Counted from the first letter of the stretch, positions 12,259-22,861 are shown. The stretch is 64,000 nucleotides of DNA from an uncultured delta proteobacterium (GCA_963724765.1 CAVRVY010000003.1:1568001-1632000), one strand, 5' to 3'. The notes: generated by a model from the sequence alone, not told the origin. Numbers and translations: made by a program.

Positions 12259-13149
12259 ATGAGTATCAGACATCTTGCCGCTTCCGCCGGCGCCGACGAC
12301 ATCGCCGCCGCGCTCGCCGAGGATGGGGCCGCGATTGTCGACGCTTTGGCGCCCGCGTCGCTCATGGACCGCGCCGCGCAGGAAATGCAGCCATACATCG
12401 CCGCAACAGCTATCGGCCGCGATGATTTCGCCGGCCGCCGCACGCGCAGGACGGGCGGATTGATAGCGCGCTCGGAAACCTGCCGGGAACTGGTGATGAA
12501 TCCGCTCGTGCTGTCGACGGCCAAGAAGGTGCTGGGGCATGCCGCGACTTTCCAAATCCATCTGACCCAGGCCATTACGATCGAGCCGGAGGCCGCAGCC
12601 CAGCCAATTCACCGCGACCAATGGGTATTCGACTTTTTCAAGTTTCCGAAGGGCTTCGAGGTTCAACTCAACACGATTTGGGCGATGACTGACTTCACCG
12701 CACAAAACGGCGCCACTCGCGTCATTCCGAAGAGCCATCTGCTCGACGACGGTTTAAAGTTCGAAGAAAAAGACACCGAGCCGGCCGAGATGGCCAAGGG
12801 TTCAGCGCTCTTTTACACCGGAAGCGTCTATCATGGCGGTGGCGCCAACCGCTCCGATACGACTCGATCGGGAATCAATCTGACCTACAGCCTCGCATGG
12901 CTGCGGCAGGAAGAGAATCAATATCTGTCGGTGCCCTTAGCGGTTGCGCAGACTTTGCCGGTCGAATTGCTCCGGTTGATGGGATACTCGTATGGCGGCT
13001 ATGCGCTCGGTTATGTGGACGACGTTCGCGACCCGCTGAAAGTAGTGAAACCCGACCTCGCAAGAACCCGCGCGACAAACCCTACGAATGCAGAGTCGCG
13101 TTTTCGCGATCAAGCCAAACAGTGGCGAGGCGAGGACAAAAACACCTGA
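12259..13149 (+). CDS. Phytanoyl-CoA dioxygenase (PhyH) family Fe(II)/2-oxoglutarate enzyme
   Basis: QPIHRD (HxD), DFTAQNGATRVIPKSH, YHGGGAN; AGGAG RBS. Confidence 0.9.
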   Translation: MSIRHLAASAGADDIAAALAEDGAAIVDALAPASLMDRAAQEMQPYIAATAIGRDDFAGRRTRRTGGLIARSETCRELVMNPLVLSTAKKVLGHAATFQIHLTQAITIEPEAAAQPIHRDQWVFDFFKFPKGFEVQLNTIWAMTDFTAQNGATRVIPKSHLLDDGLKFEEKDTEPAEMAKGSALFYTGSVYHGGGANRSDTTRSGINLTYSLAWLRQEENQYLSVPLAVAQTLPVELLRLMGYSYGGYALGYVDDVRDPLKVVKPDLARTRATNPTNAESRFRDQAKQWRGEDKNT

Positions 13150-13254
13150 CTATTCGGAAATGCCGGTCTTTCCCCGCGGCGGCGGGATGATTTGGCCTGC
13201 TGACCCTCGGCGCCGCGGTCAGTTTTGCCAGCCGATTGCGTTGATTAGCGAGAG

Positions 13255-14103
13255 CTACACCTCATATTTTTTGCTTGTCTCGAGGACCTCGGACGCCCCG
13301 AGGAGGCCGGTGATCTCGGGAAGAAGCTCGAAGCCGGCGCCGCCGGAGATTGCGCCCGCGCGTGCAAGTTCGCGTATCGCGTCGCGAGTGCGCTGGTAAA
13401 TAGCGAAAAGTGTGGCGATATGGATCATTACCTTGAAGCCGTACTGCGCGATCTCCGTCGGATGCAGCAATTGTCCGTTATACAGAAGCGGCAACCCGGA
13501 GAGCAGCCGCGCGCAGTTTCTTAAGTCCTCGAGCGTCTTGATGCCGTCGACGAAGATCAGATCGGCGCCCGCGGCGTGGTAGGCGCGCGCACGCCGCGTC
13601 ACCTCATCCCAACCGAGCGGGGCAAACGCATCGGTGCGCGCGATAATCACCAAATTGGGATCGCGCCGGGCGTCGATCGCCGCGCGCAACTTGGCCACCA
13701 TGTTCTCGAGCGGGATGACCTGCTTGCCATCGAGAAAGCCGCAGCGTTTCGGCCACACCTGATCTTCAATATGAAGCGCCGCCGCGCCGGCGTCTTCGTA
13801 TTCGCGCACGGTGCGTTGGACATTAATCGCTTCGCCATAGCCCGTGTCGGCGTCGCAGATGAGCGGGATGTCCACCGATCGCGCAAGCGCTCTGACGTTG
13901 TCGACCATCTCGCCCATCGTAAGCAGGCCGAGATCGGGGAAGCCGCGCGCGGCCGCGGTTCCAAAGCCGGTCATATAGACCGCCTTGAATCCTTCGTGCT
14001 GGGCGAGTCTTGCCTGCAGGCAATCGTAAACGAATGGCGCAATCACCATTTCAGACCCGTTCAAGAACTTCCGCAGGCGCGATCGTGCATCAGGCATACC
14101 CAC
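13255..14103 (-). CDS. Isocitrate lyase/PEP mutase family (PrpB/oxaloacetate decarboxylase-like)
   Basis: DADTGYG, HIEDQVWPKRCG, IIARTDA motifs. Confidence 0.9.
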   Translation of the reverse strand: MGMPDARSRLRKFLNGSEMVIAPFVYDCLQARLAQHEGFKAVYMTGFGTAAARGFPDLGLLTMGEMVDNVRALARSVDIPLICDADTGYGEAINVQRTVREYEDAGAAALHIEDQVWPKRCGFLDGKQVIPLENMVAKLRAAIDARRDPNLVIIARTDAFAPLGWDEVTRRARAYHAAGADLIFVDGIKTLEDLRNCARLLSGLPLLYNGQLLHPTEIAQYGFKVMIHIATLFAIYQRTRDAIRELARAGAISGGAGFELLPEITGLLGASEVLETSKKYEV

Positions 14104-14199
14104 TCATCTCCTTGGACCCCAAGGGCCTGCATGGCAATGTCGATAGCTACTATTTGAAAACTGAGCTGAATTGTATTATTCGAATGTTCTTTGCAGCGG

Positions 14200-15636
14200 T
14201 CAGAAAATCTCAAAGTACTCGCGCTGCTCCCACGCCGTCACTTCCAGTTCGAAGCGCGCGACCTCGGCTTCCTTGATGAGCGAATAGTAATCGACGAACG
14301 TGCTGCCGAGTCCGGCGCGCAAACATGCGTCTTTGCGCAGCGCCGCGATCGCTTCGGTGAGTGAGTGGGGCAGCATCGGCGCCGCCGCTTCATACGGCGC
14401 GTCGGTCGGCGGTCCGGGATCGAGTTGACGCTCGATTCCATCGAGACCCGAAAAGATCTGCGACGCCATGTAGAGATACGGATTCGCGGCCGGCTCGCCC
14501 ACGCGGTTCTCAAGCCGCGTCGCGGAATCTTCCGGCCCCCCAAGCGCGCGGACCAATACGTTGCGATGGTCGTGTCCCCAGACCGCGCGGTCGGGCGCGA
14601 GGGCATGCCTGCCGTAGCGCCGGTAGCCGTTAATAGTCGGTGTCGCAAGTGCGGCCGCGCCGGGCGCGTGCTCGAGCAGACCCGCAAGGTAGTGCTGTCC
14701 AACCGGCGACAACACGCCGCTGCCGGCCGGGACGAACGCGTTGGCACCCGTGCGTTTATCGCGCAGTGACTGATGCATGTGCCAGCCGCTGGAGAACACG
14801 TTCGGAATTCGAGGGCGGCACATGAAGCTCGCCAGATAGCCATGACGGCGGCAGACCTGCTTCATCGCGCTGCGCGCCAGCATCATCATGTCAGCCGGCT
14901 CAAGCCCCTGGCGCGGCTGGAACGTGAATTCGCACTGGCTCGGCCCGTATTCGACCTCGAGCGTGCGCAAGGGCAGCCCAAGCCCCACGATATTGCTGCG
15001 CAGAAGTTCGAGCACGGGATCGAGCTGGTCGTAACGTAGCTCCGTCAGATGCTGGTAGCCCTGCGTGAGAAGACTGACCTCGGGCGGTGGCCCCGGCTGG
15101 CCGGCATCGTCGAGCGCAAGCCGCGGGTTTTCGAGCTTGAAGATGTGAAATTCCACCTCGAGCCCAGCCACGAACTCGAAGCCGGCTTCGCCGAGCCGCT
15201 CCAGCGCTCGCCGGTACAGATAGCGAGTCGAGATCGGAACCGGCTGGCCGTTCGTGAAAAACAGATCGCACAAGAGCCATCCCGTGCCGGTGGCCCATGG
15301 CAGGATATGGAACGTGGCCGGGTCGGGAACAATTACGACGTCGGCGGCCGCCTCCATGTCGCGTCTGGTAAAGCCGGCGCCGCCGAGCGACAGAACGGCG
15401 GGCACGGTGCGATGCGCGGTATCCTTTGCCAGCAGGGTCATCGGGAAGGTACTTCCCTCGCGCATCATCCGCGGCAGTTCATCGGCGACCACCGCCTTGC
15501 CACGCAACACACCGTGCTGATCGGCGAAGGACAGCCGTACGACCTCGAGCTTGTGCGACTCGACGAGCTTCTCGACCTCATTCGCCGCTTTCGACCGTTC
15601 GTCGGTCCACAGACCATGGCGTTCGACAAAAGTCAT
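14200..15636 (-). CDS. Glutamine synthetase-like protein (putative gamma-glutamyl ligase)
   Basis: FADQHGVLRGK, GLEVEFH, EYGPSQCE, SSGWHMHQS, RLENRVGEPAANPY; probable start MTFVERHGLW at 15636. Confidence 0.88.
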   Translation of the reverse strand: MTFVERHGLWTDERSKAANEVEKLVESHKLEVVRLSFADQHGVLRGKAVVADELPRMMREGSTFPMTLLAKDTAHRTVPAVLSLGGAGFTRRDMEAAADVVIVPDPATFHILPWATGTGWLLCDLFFTNGQPVPISTRYLYRRALERLGEAGFEFVAGLEVEFHIFKLENPRLALDDAGQPGPPPEVSLLTQGYQHLTELRYDQLDPVLELLRSNIVGLGLPLRTLEVEYGPSQCEFTFQPRQGLEPADMMMLARSAMKQVCRRHGYLASFMCRPRIPNVFSSGWHMHQSLRDKRTGANAFVPAGSGVLSPVGQHYLAGLLEHAPGAAALATPTINGYRRYGRHALAPDRAVWGHDHRNVLVRALGGPEDSATRLENRVGEPAANPYLYMASQIFSGLDGIERQLDPGPPTDAPYEAAAPMLPHSLTEAIAALRKDACLRAGLGSTFVDYYSLIKEAEVARFELEVTAWEQREYFEIF

Positions 15637-15694
15637 CGCGCTCCGCATCTTGGCATGCGCCGATTTTGCTTCAGGTTTTCGCCCGGCCAGCGCA

Positions 15695-17017
15695 TCATTC
15701 CGCGGGATGCATCGCCGCCCAGCTCGAGCCCTTTCGGCGTCTGGCGTCGAATTCCCGCCAATACGTTTCGAGCGCCCGGCCGTCGGCGATCCCGTCGAGC
15801 GTGATTGGACCACGGATGCGCTTCGCCGCGGCCTCATCAAGGACCATCAGCGGCCGCTTGCCAGCCGCAGCTCCCTGGATTGCGTCGATGAGGATCCGGC
15901 GATAGGCCGCGATAGCCTTGTCCGACGCGCCGAGATGCTCCCGGGTACGGTCCTGGATTGGCCCCTGCGACTCGACCGCCCATTGGTCGTGCACGTTGAT
16001 GTCTTCGCCCATGCCGGTGTAGGTCTGGCGCCGCTGCTCCGCCGCGTTGAATCCATAATTGTTAGCGGCGTTGAGCCGCGGCTTGTAGTCCGGGAGCGTG
16101 TATAGTTCGAGCCGATGGCGACGCATCGTTTCCTTGTCGACCGGCGCGCCGAAGCTCGTGAAGATCGCGTACCAGTAGCAACTCACGTCATCGATCGGCA
16201 CCTGCCACTGTGTAACTGTCATCTCGGGGCTCAGTGGGACGACGAACGCATTCGGAAATAGCAAATTCGTCACCCGAATGTGAGTTCGCAAATCGTCGAT
16301 CGCGCGCAGAGTTATGATCCGAAAGCCGTAATCCGTGTATTCAGTCTCGATTTGCGGGCGCGGGTGCTCCCGCATGACTTTTGTCATCGGCAGCTCTGAG
16401 TCTGCCGACGTACTGCGAAACTGTATTCCATAATTTCCCGCCGGATTGTGGTCCTCGAAAAAACGGTGCAGGAATGAAGCATGGGCAGGATCGATGCCGA
16501 CTTCGACCGTCTGGAGCCAGTTGCAAGCGACATGTCCTTTGAACGCGAAGGTGTAGGAATCGGGCGCGACAAAACAGTCAAAATGCGGGAAGGCGGGCGG
16601 TTCGCCGGGGCCCAGGTAGGCAAACAGGATGCCGCTGCGTTTGCGAACCGGGTAAGCGTTGTGGCGAATCTTGGTGTAAAGCTTGCTGCCTTCCGGTTCG
16701 GCCGGCGTCTCGAGACATTTTCCGCCAACGTCAAACAACCAGCCGTGAAACGCGCATCGCAGTCCGCCGTCTTCGAGCCGTCCGAAGGCCAGGTCCGCGC
16801 CACGATGCGGACAGGCGCGGTCAACGAGTCCGTAGCGGCCTTGCTCGTCACGAAACAGGACCATTTGCTGACCCAGCAGCTCAATCGCTTTGAGTGGCCG
16901 CTCCGCCGGCAGTTCCTCAACCAGCGCGGCAGGCTGCCAGTAGAGCCGCATCAACTTTCCGGCCGGCATCTCCGGCCCGGTTCGGGTGATCAGTTCGTTA
17001 CGCTGTGCGATCATCAT
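15695..17017 (-). CDS. Rieske aromatic ring-hydroxylating oxygenase alpha subunit (phthalate dioxygenase/LigX-like)
   Basis: Rieske motif CPHRG...CAFHGW; mononuclear Fe motif EVGIDPAHASFLH; DQWAVESQG. Confidence 0.92.
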   Translation of the reverse strand: MMIAQRNELITRTGPEMPAGKLMRLYWQPAALVEELPAERPLKAIELLGQQMVLFRDEQGRYGLVDRACPHRGADLAFGRLEDGGLRCAFHGWLFDVGGKCLETPAEPEGSKLYTKIRHNAYPVRKRSGILFAYLGPGEPPAFPHFDCFVAPDSYTFAFKGHVACNWLQTVEVGIDPAHASFLHRFFEDHNPAGNYGIQFRSTSADSELPMTKVMREHPRPQIETEYTDYGFRIITLRAIDDLRTHIRVTNLLFPNAFVVPLSPEMTVTQWQVPIDDVSCYWYAIFTSFGAPVDKETMRRHRLELYTLPDYKPRLNAANNYGFNAAEQRRQTYTGMGEDINVHDQWAVESQGPIQDRTREHLGASDKAIAAYRRILIDAIQGAAAGKRPLMVLDEAAAKRIRGPITLDGIADGRALETYWREFDARRRKGSSWAAMHPAE

Positions 17018-17139
17018 TTGAGATGTCCCGGCAAGCTTGCGCGATGCGCTGTTCCTCGTAGGCTAAGCTGATTGCCGTCGAGTTTATCAAGCCCGGTGCG
17101 ATGGTTACAAACCAGCCTGCCGATAGCCGGGACGCCTCT

Positions 17140-18066
17140 TTAGAGCTTCGCGATCACGTCGCTAGCCAGCAGTTCCAGATGTTCCATTTCATCGAAGACC
17201 GGGTTCAATAATAGATGTTGCGCGCCGGCACGAACGAGTTCTCCCAGCCGGTCTATACATTCGGCGCGATTGCCCCAAATGGAGACGCGTGAAGCCATGT
17301 CCGCATTTTTGTAACGCATTCCAAACCATTCCCGCAGTCTGCGCTCCGCACGCGCCCGATCGGAGTCGACGGCGACGTAGACCCGCTTCGAGATTCGGAA
17401 TTCGTTTGGATCGCGCTTCGCTTCAGCTAGAAAGCGCCGCAAGAGTTCGGCCTGCTTGACGAAGTCGGCCGAGGAAGACGATCCAGCCCCCATCCAGCCA
17501 TCGCCAAGGCGCGCCGCGCGTTTCAGGGCCACAGCCTCACGAGCGCCAAACCACACCGGCGGATGAGGCTTCTGCGCGGGCTTCGGCTCCATCTCTACGT
17601 TCTCAAACCTCCAGAATTCACCGCTCATCGTCGCCCGCGGCTGCGTCCACAGCGCCTTCATGACCTGAAGTCCTTCAACAAAACGCTTTCCACGATGTTC
17701 GCTGGAAACGCCGAATACCGCTTCAGGCACATGTGGGCCACCGACCCCGACGCCGACGATGAGCCGTCCGTGACTCAGTTGATCCAGCGAGGCCAGACTT
17801 TTGGCTAATTGGATCGGATTGCGGACCACGGTTATCATCACCGATGTGCCCAAGTGAGGTTTCGTCGTGAGCGCGGCCGCGTATGTGAGTAGCGTGACCG
17901 GTTCAAGGATAGGAAAGTCGCCGATAATTTGCTCCTGGACCCACAAGCTTTCGTAGCCGAGCGCTTCCGCTCTTGGGAGAAACTGGCGGATGACGCGCGC
18001 ATCGATCGGAGGGTCGGCGAAGCTTTGCGGGATTGCGATGCCGCAGGGAATATTGCCTGTTGCCAT
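17140..18066 (-). CDS. LLM-class flavin-dependent oxidoreductase
   Basis: AEALGYESLWVQE, LAKSLASLDQLSHGRLIVGVGVG, PKPAQKPHPPVWFG. Confidence 0.9.
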   Translation of the reverse strand: MATGNIPCGIAIPQSFADPPIDARVIRQFLPRAEALGYESLWVQEQIIGDFPILEPVTLLTYAAALTTKPHLGTSVMITVVRNPIQLAKSLASLDQLSHGRLIVGVGVGGPHVPEAVFGVSSEHRGKRFVEGLQVMKALWTQPRATMSGEFWRFENVEMEPKPAQKPHPPVWFGAREAVALKRAARLGDGWMGAGSSSSADFVKQAELLRRFLAEAKRDPNEFRISKRVYVAVDSDRARAERRLREWFGMRYKNADMASRVSIWGNRAECIDRLGELVRAGAQHLLLNPVFDEMEHLELLASDVIAKL

Positions 18067-18144
18067 GTCACACCGATTTCCGTGTAAAGGTCCGTATAAA
18101 GGAAATATCGATTAGCCAGCAGTTTACAGCTCTGCGATGGTTCA

Positions 18145-18879
18145 TCATACGGCATGATCGGCGAAATAGCCTGGTAGCAGTCTGGGGAGCAAGCCGAGCG
18201 GCAATTCCTCGACAGCGCCTGGCGCTAACCTCCCGAGCTGAAACGGTCCATAACCGGTTCGGATCAGGCGAGTCACCTGCAATCCCAATTGTTCGAGCAG
18301 CTTCTTGATTTCGCGGTTTTTGCCTTCGCGAAGCATCATGGTCAACCAGCAATTGCTGCCCTGGCGGCTGTTGAGTGTGGTCTTTGCCGGCCGATAGCGG
18401 CGACCATCGATGGTCAGGCCGTTGGCAAGCCTGGCAATCGACGCTTGATCGACGTTGCCGTGAGCCCGGATGCGGTAGACGCGGGCAAGCCCCTGCGCCG
18501 GATGTTCGAGATAGCGCGCCAGTCCGCCATCATTGGTCAGGAGCAAGAGTCCTTCGGTGTTGATGTCAAGGCGGCCGACCGAAATCAAACGGGGCAGTGT
18601 TTTGGGAAGGGCGGCGAAGACCGTCGGGCGTCCCTGAGGGTCGCGCGCCGTCGTCACGAGTCCCGCAGGTTTGTGATAGCGCCAGATTTTCGATCGCTCA
18701 AGGTTCGCGACTGCTTTACCGTCGACGGCCAGCACATCGTTGGTATCGACCAGCGTCGCCGGATGGGTCACGACAGCGCCGTTCAGCGCCACCCGGCGCG
18801 CTTCGATCAGCCGTTCGGACTCACGGCGAGAAGCAACGCCGGCACGGGCCATGAACTTGGCAATCCTTTCTTTCCCCAC
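18145..18879 (-). CDS. rluB: rRNA pseudouridine synthase (RluB/RsuA family) with S4 domain
   Basis: ERIAKFMARAGVASRR S4 domain; VGRLDINTEGLLLLTNDG catalytic motif; EGKNREI; probable GTG start at 18879. Confidence 0.88.
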   Translation of the reverse strand: MGKERIAKFMARAGVASRRESERLIEARRVALNGAVVTHPATLVDTNDVLAVDGKAVANLERSKIWRYHKPAGLVTTARDPQGRPTVFAALPKTLPRLISVGRLDINTEGLLLLTNDGGLARYLEHPAQGLARVYRIRAHGNVDQASIARLANGLTIDGRRYRPAKTTLNSRQGSNCWLTMMLREGKNREIKKLLEQLGLQVTRLIRTGYGPFQLGRLAPGAVEELPLGLLPRLLPGYFADHAV

Positions 18880-18898
18880 GGCCGTACCGTTACGGCGA

Positions 18899-19558
18899 TC
18901 AGACGTAATCGGTAGGATCTCGCACGCCGGCCTTTTCAAAGCCCACCTGACGCTCCCTGCACTTGTTGCATTGACCGCAGTGTCTCAGACCGCGCGGAGC
19001 CATGCAGGTCAGAGTCGATTCGAGCGGCAGATGTTTGAATTGCTTTATAATCTCCCATTTGCGCAGATCTCGAAACGCCGCCTTCACCTTGATGGGATGA
19101 TTCAGTCCGCTGCTTAGTGCGGACGCGAAGTCGCTGAAAAACTTCGGCGTAGCGTCGGGAAACGGATTTCCAGCGAGCGAGCCGATCGCGATTAGCGAAA
19201 CCTCGTGCGTGCTGCACCAGACCGCCGCGAGACCGACTAGAAGGATGTTCCTTCCGGGGAGATAGACGGAACTGTCCGACTCCTCCGCTCCCGGCACCGA
19301 GTCGCCGGAAACACTCCAGTGGCCGCCGTACATCGTCTCGATCGGCGCGGATAGCGTGGTTACCGCCTTCACATGCGGATGCTTCAAAGCTCGCAGGAAC
19401 CCGTCAAGCGCTTCACGTTCCATCTCTTCCCACGCCAATCCGCATCGCACGTAGATCGGATAGACCTCGGCATTTTTGGCCTCCTCCGCAAGCAGGACGG
19501 AACTATCCAGGCCGCCGCTCGACAAGATTGCGATTCTGTCCAAGCTGTTTCTCCCCAC
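18899..19558 (-). CDS. queC: 7-cyano-7-deazaguanine synthase
   Basis: SGGLDS PP-loop, VYLPGRN, FPD, C-terminal TC...HCGQCNKC Zn motif. Confidence 0.85.
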   Translation of the reverse strand: MGRNSLDRIAILSSGGLDSSVLLAEEAKNAEVYPIYVRCGLAWEEMEREALDGFLRALKHPHVKAVTTLSAPIETMYGGHWSVSGDSVPGAEESDSSVYLPGRNILLVGLAAVWCSTHEVSLIAIGSLAGNPFPDATPKFFSDFASALSSGLNHPIKVKAAFRDLRKWEIIKQFKHLPLESTLTCMAPRGLRHCGQCNKCRERQVGFEKAGVRDPTDYV

Positions 19559-19816
19559 CGATGAGCCGATCTAATCTGAAATTCCGACGATCGAATGCAA
19601 AGTCGAGACACGCGAACCGCGCATGACGATTTTCGAGTGAGTCTCCTTTGAAGCTTCGTTATTCGAGACCGGAGCAGAGCCTTATGCCATGACGGTACAC
19701 CTTCGAGTTCCCTGACGCCACTTGCGCCTCGATCTTCGACTTAGTGTCTGGCATAGTCGCATTTTTCCAGCTTCGGGGACGCAGGGCGAGGGTCTATCGC
19801 AATTCGAGGAACCACT

Positions 19817-20581
19817 ATGGGCACGGAACAGAACGCCTGGTATGTAAACTTCTTTGGCGAAGACTATCTAAACATCTATCGCCATACGATGACTGCCGAG
19901 CGGACCGAAAACGAGGTCGCCTTCGCGGAGCGAAAACTCGAGCTCGATGCCGGCGCACGCGTGCTCGATCTATGCTGCGGCCCAGGGCGCCACAGCGTGC
20001 TCCTTGCAAAACGCGGCTATAAGGTAACCGGCCTTGATCTGAGCCAACCCTATCTCGATCTCGCACGCCGCGCCGCCACCGAGCACAAGGTCGCGATCGA
20101 CACTATTTCGGCCGACATGCGTGAGATTCCGTTCAATGACTATTTCGACGCGGCCATCAACATGTATTCCTCCTTCGGTTACCTTGAGTCGGAAGCCGAA
20201 GATCTGCGGGTCCTCGAGTCGATCTCGCGATCGCTCAAGCGGGGAGGGCGGCTGCTGCTCGACATGTTGAACCGTGAATGGGCCGTCGCGAATTATATCC
20301 AGAACGACTGGCATTCCGAGGCCGACGGAACATTATATGTCGAGCATCGGGCGCTCGATCTGGCAACGAGCCGCATGCGTGTCCGATTTATCATCATAGG
20401 TGCAGACGGGAGCCGCCACGATTCGATAGGTCACGATATCCGGCTTTACACTCTGACCGAAATGACCCGTCTCCTTGGGCGTGTCGGTTTCGGCGGGATT
20501 GAAGTATTCGGAGGCTTCGAGGACGAGCGATATGGGATCGAAACGCGCCGCATGATACTCTGTGCCCGCAAAGATGTATAG
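19817..20581 (+). CDS. Class I SAM-dependent methyltransferase
   Basis: VLDLCCGPGRH, GLDLS, ADMRE, SSFGY; GAGGA RBS. Confidence 0.9.
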   Translation: MGTEQNAWYVNFFGEDYLNIYRHTMTAERTENEVAFAERKLELDAGARVLDLCCGPGRHSVLLAKRGYKVTGLDLSQPYLDLARRAATEHKVAIDTISADMREIPFNDYFDAAINMYSSFGYLESEAEDLRVLESISRSLKRGGRLLLDMLNREWAVANYIQNDWHSEADGTLYVEHRALDLATSRMRVRFIIIGADGSRHDSIGHDIRLYTLTEMTRLLGRVGFGGIEVFGGFEDERYGIETRRMILCARKDV

Positions 20582-20596
20582 CTAGTTCTGCTCGAA

Positions 20597-21592
20597 ATGG
20601 GATTTGTAAGCACACGTAGTTCCCGGATCAAGGCATGGACTGCGATACTTGTCATGTGGGTCTCAAGCGGCCTGGGTGCCTGTACCTCTCCGCGTAAAGG
20701 CCCGGCGAACGCTGCCCCTTTTCGTGTCGCCCTGCTGACCCCAGGGCCGGTCAGCGATGCCGGCTGGAACGCCGCGGCATTCGACGGATTGCAGCTCATC
20801 AAGGAAAAACTGGGTGCGCAAACAGCGCTCGTGCAGACCAGGTCGCCCGCCGATTTCGACGATGGATTTCGTGACTTCGCCTCGCGCGGATTCAACCTGA
20901 TTTTCGCGCATGGTTACGAGTATACGGATTCCGCGATTAGTGTAGCGCGGGAGTTTCCCAAGGTTTATTTTGTGGTCAGTTCGGGTAGCCAATCGTCACG
21001 AAATGTGGCCACGTTAACCTTCAAATTCGATCAAGCGGCGTACGCCGAAGGCGTGCTTGCTGGCGGCGTCACAAAGACCGGAATAGTGGGCGCGATAGGG
21101 GGAATTGAATTGCCCTCGATCCGGCTGACCTTTGAGGGTTTCAGGCGCGGCTTCCTGTCGGTGCGGCCAAAAGGTCGCCTGCTGGTCAGCTATATCGGTA
21201 AGTTCGATGACGTGGGCGCCGCAAAGGAGGCGGCTTTGGCGCAAATCAGCCAGGGTGCAGACGTGATCCTCCACGACGCTGACGCGGCGGGATTGGGGGT
21301 TTTTCAGGCCGCCGCACAGGCGCATATCCTGGCGTTCGGCGCGATTCGAAACCAAAACGACGTCGTGCCCGGCGTAGTCCTTGCCAGTGCCGTGACCTCT
21401 ACCGCCGAGGCATTTCTCAAAATTGCGACAGAGGTCAAGAGTAATCAGTTCCATCCCGGGATGATCGAGTTCGGGATGGAGGACGGGATGGTGAAAGTGG
21501 TGCTGAATCCCAAGCTTGAATCACGCATCCCCGAACTGGCGATGAAGCGGTTTCTTGCCGCGGAGCGTCAATTCGACCATGGAGGACACTGA
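20597..21592 (+). CDS. BMP/PnrA family nucleoside-binding lipoprotein
   Basis: LGAC lipobox; GPVSDAGWNAAAFDGL, IFAHGYEY, QGADVI. Confidence 0.85.
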   Translation: MGFVSTRSSRIKAWTAILVMWVSSGLGACTSPRKGPANAAPFRVALLTPGPVSDAGWNAAAFDGLQLIKEKLGAQTALVQTRSPADFDDGFRDFASRGFNLIFAHGYEYTDSAISVAREFPKVYFVVSSGSQSSRNVATLTFKFDQAAYAEGVLAGGVTKTGIVGAIGGIELPSIRLTFEGFRRGFLSVRPKGRLLVSYIGKFDDVGAAKEAALAQISQGADVILHDADAAGLGVFQAAAQAHILAFGAIRNQNDVVPGVVLASAVTSTAEAFLKIATEVKSNQFHPGMIEFGMEDGMVKVVLNPKLESRIPELAMKRFLAAERQFDHGGH

Positions 21593-21700
21593 CCGAGGAA
21601 CCTGGATGGCTGTTCAAAAGGGAAGGTTACGCGCCCTTGGAGGCGTTGCTTGGCCGCTGCGCTATTGTAGACTGGGGTTGAAAGAGAGCTTACCCCAACT

Positions 21701-22861
21701 ATGACGGTCACTGCTCAGGAAATCGCCCGCCGCATCAGTACTATCAGGCCGATTTTAGCGGAGAACGCGCAGGACTGCGTGCGGGACCGCGCCCTGACGC
21801 CTGCGAGTATGCGGGCGATGGTTGATGCAGGCTTGTTTCGCATTCCACAGCCTTCGCGAGTGGGCGGTTACGAACTGAGTTTGCGCATACTCGCCGACGC
21901 GGTCACCGCGGTCTCCGAGGTTTGCCCGACCAGCGGGTGGGTGCTCATGGTTATGTGCGCTCATCATTTTTGCCTTGGCACTTTCCCCGAGCAGGCGCAG
22001 GACGATGTCTTCGGCGGAGATGGCGACGGCCTGGTTGCAGGCACGCTCGCCTGGCAGGGAAAGGCCGCCAAGGTTGATGGCGGCTTTAGAGTTGATGGAC
22101 GGTGGCAGTTCTGCAGCGGAGTAGATCGTTCCAACTGGGTGATGCTTGGATGCGCTGATGCGGCGACCGGCGGGCCGGGAGTGCATGTAGTGGTGCCGAC
22201 CGAAGAGATTGTTGTTGATGATACGTGGCAAGTTCTGGGCCTTCAGGGGACCGGAAGCAAGGACGTGGTCGCCAAGGACATCTTTGTCCCCGCGGGCAGA
22301 ACGGTTGACACCCGCGCCATGATGCGCGGCGATTCGCCCCATTCGCTCAAGCATGCGACGAACCTTTACCGCGTTTCGTCCGACTCGATGCTCTCGCTCT
22401 CGGTGGTGACCGCCATTCTGGGTTCAGCAAAGTACGCGATGGCGAAGTTTATCGAGCGGACCAAGGAGCGACGGGTCATCGTTACGGGCGCGCGCAAAGC
22501 TGAACACGGGCCGACTCAGATTCGGCTCGCCGAAGCGGCGGCTGAGATTCAGTGCGCAGATCTCATGGTTCATGACGCGCTTGATGTGCTGGGGCGAGTC
22601 GCTCAAATGGGAGAGGGCGCGACCGACATGACATACCGCGCGCAGGTCAAATGGCAGGCCGCCTACGCCGCAGAGTTGTGCCGCCGCGCGGCGTCACGAC
22701 TTTTTGCGGGCTCCGGCGCGCACGCAATCTACAACTCGAGCCCACTTCAGATGGCGTTCAGAAACATTAACGTGGGCGCACAGCACGCGAGCATCGATTT
22801 TGACACGTCGGGCGAGCTTTATGGCCGTACACAGTTGGGATTGCTGAGCTCAACCCGGTAG
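21701..22861 (+). CDS. Acyl-CoA dehydrogenase-like flavin-dependent monooxygenase (HsaA/C2-type)
   Basis: GLFRIPQPSRVGGYE, GRWQFCSG, DTWQVLGLQGTGS, SGAHAIY. Confidence 0.88.
   Translation: MTVTAQEIARRISTIRPILAENAQDCVRDRALTPASMRAMVDAGLFRIPQPSRVGGYELSLRILADAVTAVSEVCPTSGWVLMVMCAHHFCLGTFPEQAQDDVFGGDGDGLVAGTLAWQGKAAKVDGGFRVDGRWQFCSGVDRSNWVMLGCADAATGGPGVHVVVPTEEIVVDDTWQVLGLQGTGSKDVVAKDIFVPAGRTVDTRAMMRGDSPHSLKHATNLYRVSSDSMLSLSVVTAILGSAKYAMAKFIERTKERRVIVTGARKAEHGPTQIRLAEAAAEIQCADLMVHDALDVLGRVAQMGEGATDMTYRAQVKWQAAYAAELCRRAASRLFAGSGAHAIYNSSPLQMAFRNINVGAQHASIDFDTSGELYGRTQLGLLSSTR

Noticed and set aside
18899-19558. QueC as part of a defence or DNA-modification system (Qat/Dpd/CBASS type)
   Set aside because: Normal QueC length and its neighbour is an rRNA pseudouridine synthase; no defence partners or preQ1 riboswitch seen.
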